A stretch of DNA of 64,000 bases from the NCBI GenBank assembly GCA_010093995.1, contig ML992505.1, positions 1,133,147 to 1,197,146 on the forward strand, given 5' to 3'. Source of the DNA: Elsinoe ampelina (Eukaryota). Below the pieces are notes generated by a model. The model was not told the DNA's origin and made no database searches. It saw only the letters and a program-made list of their open reading frames with translations. The position numbers and the translations under genes were made by a program. Below, in pieces: positions 63,222 through 64,000 of the stretch. Every line of letters starts with the position of its first letter. Within the stretch, counting starts at the first letter, position 1.

Positions 63222-64000
63222 TCAACGGTAGCGTCCGTCCCATCGCTTGTCGCGCGAGTCGTAGACGTGCTCGTGTTCGTAGATACGCTCACGTTCGTCG
63301 TAGTGTGACCCGCCACCTGCGATAGAGACGCGGTCGGACTTTTCCTTCTCCCATTTCCGATCGACTGCGCGCTTCTGCCTCATCTGCTTGATGTCCTCGG
63401 AGATCTCAACGAGTCGAAGAACATCCTCCTGCGAAGCGTCAGCATGTTTGATTGCTATCAAGTTCGAGACCAACTCACGTATTTGAGATACTCGATGACA
63501 TAGAAGAACTTGTCTGTTTCCTCGTAATCGTAGCCTTGACGCTCAATCGCCTCCTTGACGACGAGATCTTTGGTCACCTCTGTCCACATGTCTCGACGAA
63601 GACGAGGCCCAGAATCACGCCTGATGTCGTCACGATGCGACGGTCGAGATGACATGGACCTTTTGCGGGCGACTTGCAAATCTTCTCGAACTCGATCAAC
63701 GGCACCACGTTCGCGATCGACGATGATGTCTCTTTCAAAGTATTTGTCTCCACCTTCACGGGTACCACTGGAATCTCATCAGCTCCGTCCGCCATTTGTG
63801 TGAGTGCGTATCTTACCGTCTACGAATCTCAATCTCGAGACTCTCTTCTTTCGCCTTGACTGGCGCAGGCGGAAGTGCAGGTGGAGGAGTTGGTGGCCTT
63901 GGTGGAGGTGGCGTGGGCGACCTTGCTCTTTCGATGCCTGCAAAATGTGGTCAACGAGTGTCTGTTGAAGTTACCGAGAAGCCTTACCATGATCAATGTG
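63222..64000 (-). CDS. 3' part of a conserved hypothetical protein; the gene continues beyond the window
   Basis: WTEVTKDLVVKEAIERQGYDYEET..YLKY|EDVLRLVEISEDI across an intron near 63429-63479. Further introns lie upstream. Confidence 0.75.

Overview
Eukaryotic DNA from a filamentous ascomycete (Pezizomycotina, probably a dothideomycete; inferred from gene content and short 45-55 nt GT..CTRAC..YAG introns). From about 9.9 kb to the end it is ordinary core genome: Snu114, ERG10 thiolase, a GH16 glucanase, alanyl-tRNA synthetase, Snt2, Dus2, FAN1, dynein light intermediate chain, a TALE homeobox factor, a PLC-like phosphodiesterase, a PPR-like protein, a GST-like protein, a ceramide synthase, a Bax inhibitor-family protein and others. 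The first ~9.9 kb looks like an accessory, partly decayed block: orphan spliced genes with premature stops, plus an atypical FHA-kinase. The standout is at 8380-8614. It is a tRNA-Lys(CTT) gene whose 73-nt cloverleaf only assembles after removing a normal 13-nt anticodon-loop intron plus three 47-53 nt inserts with spliceosomal (pre-mRNA type) intron signals, located in the D-stem, the variable loop and the acceptor stem. All calls come from reading the sequence by eye; no searches were run.
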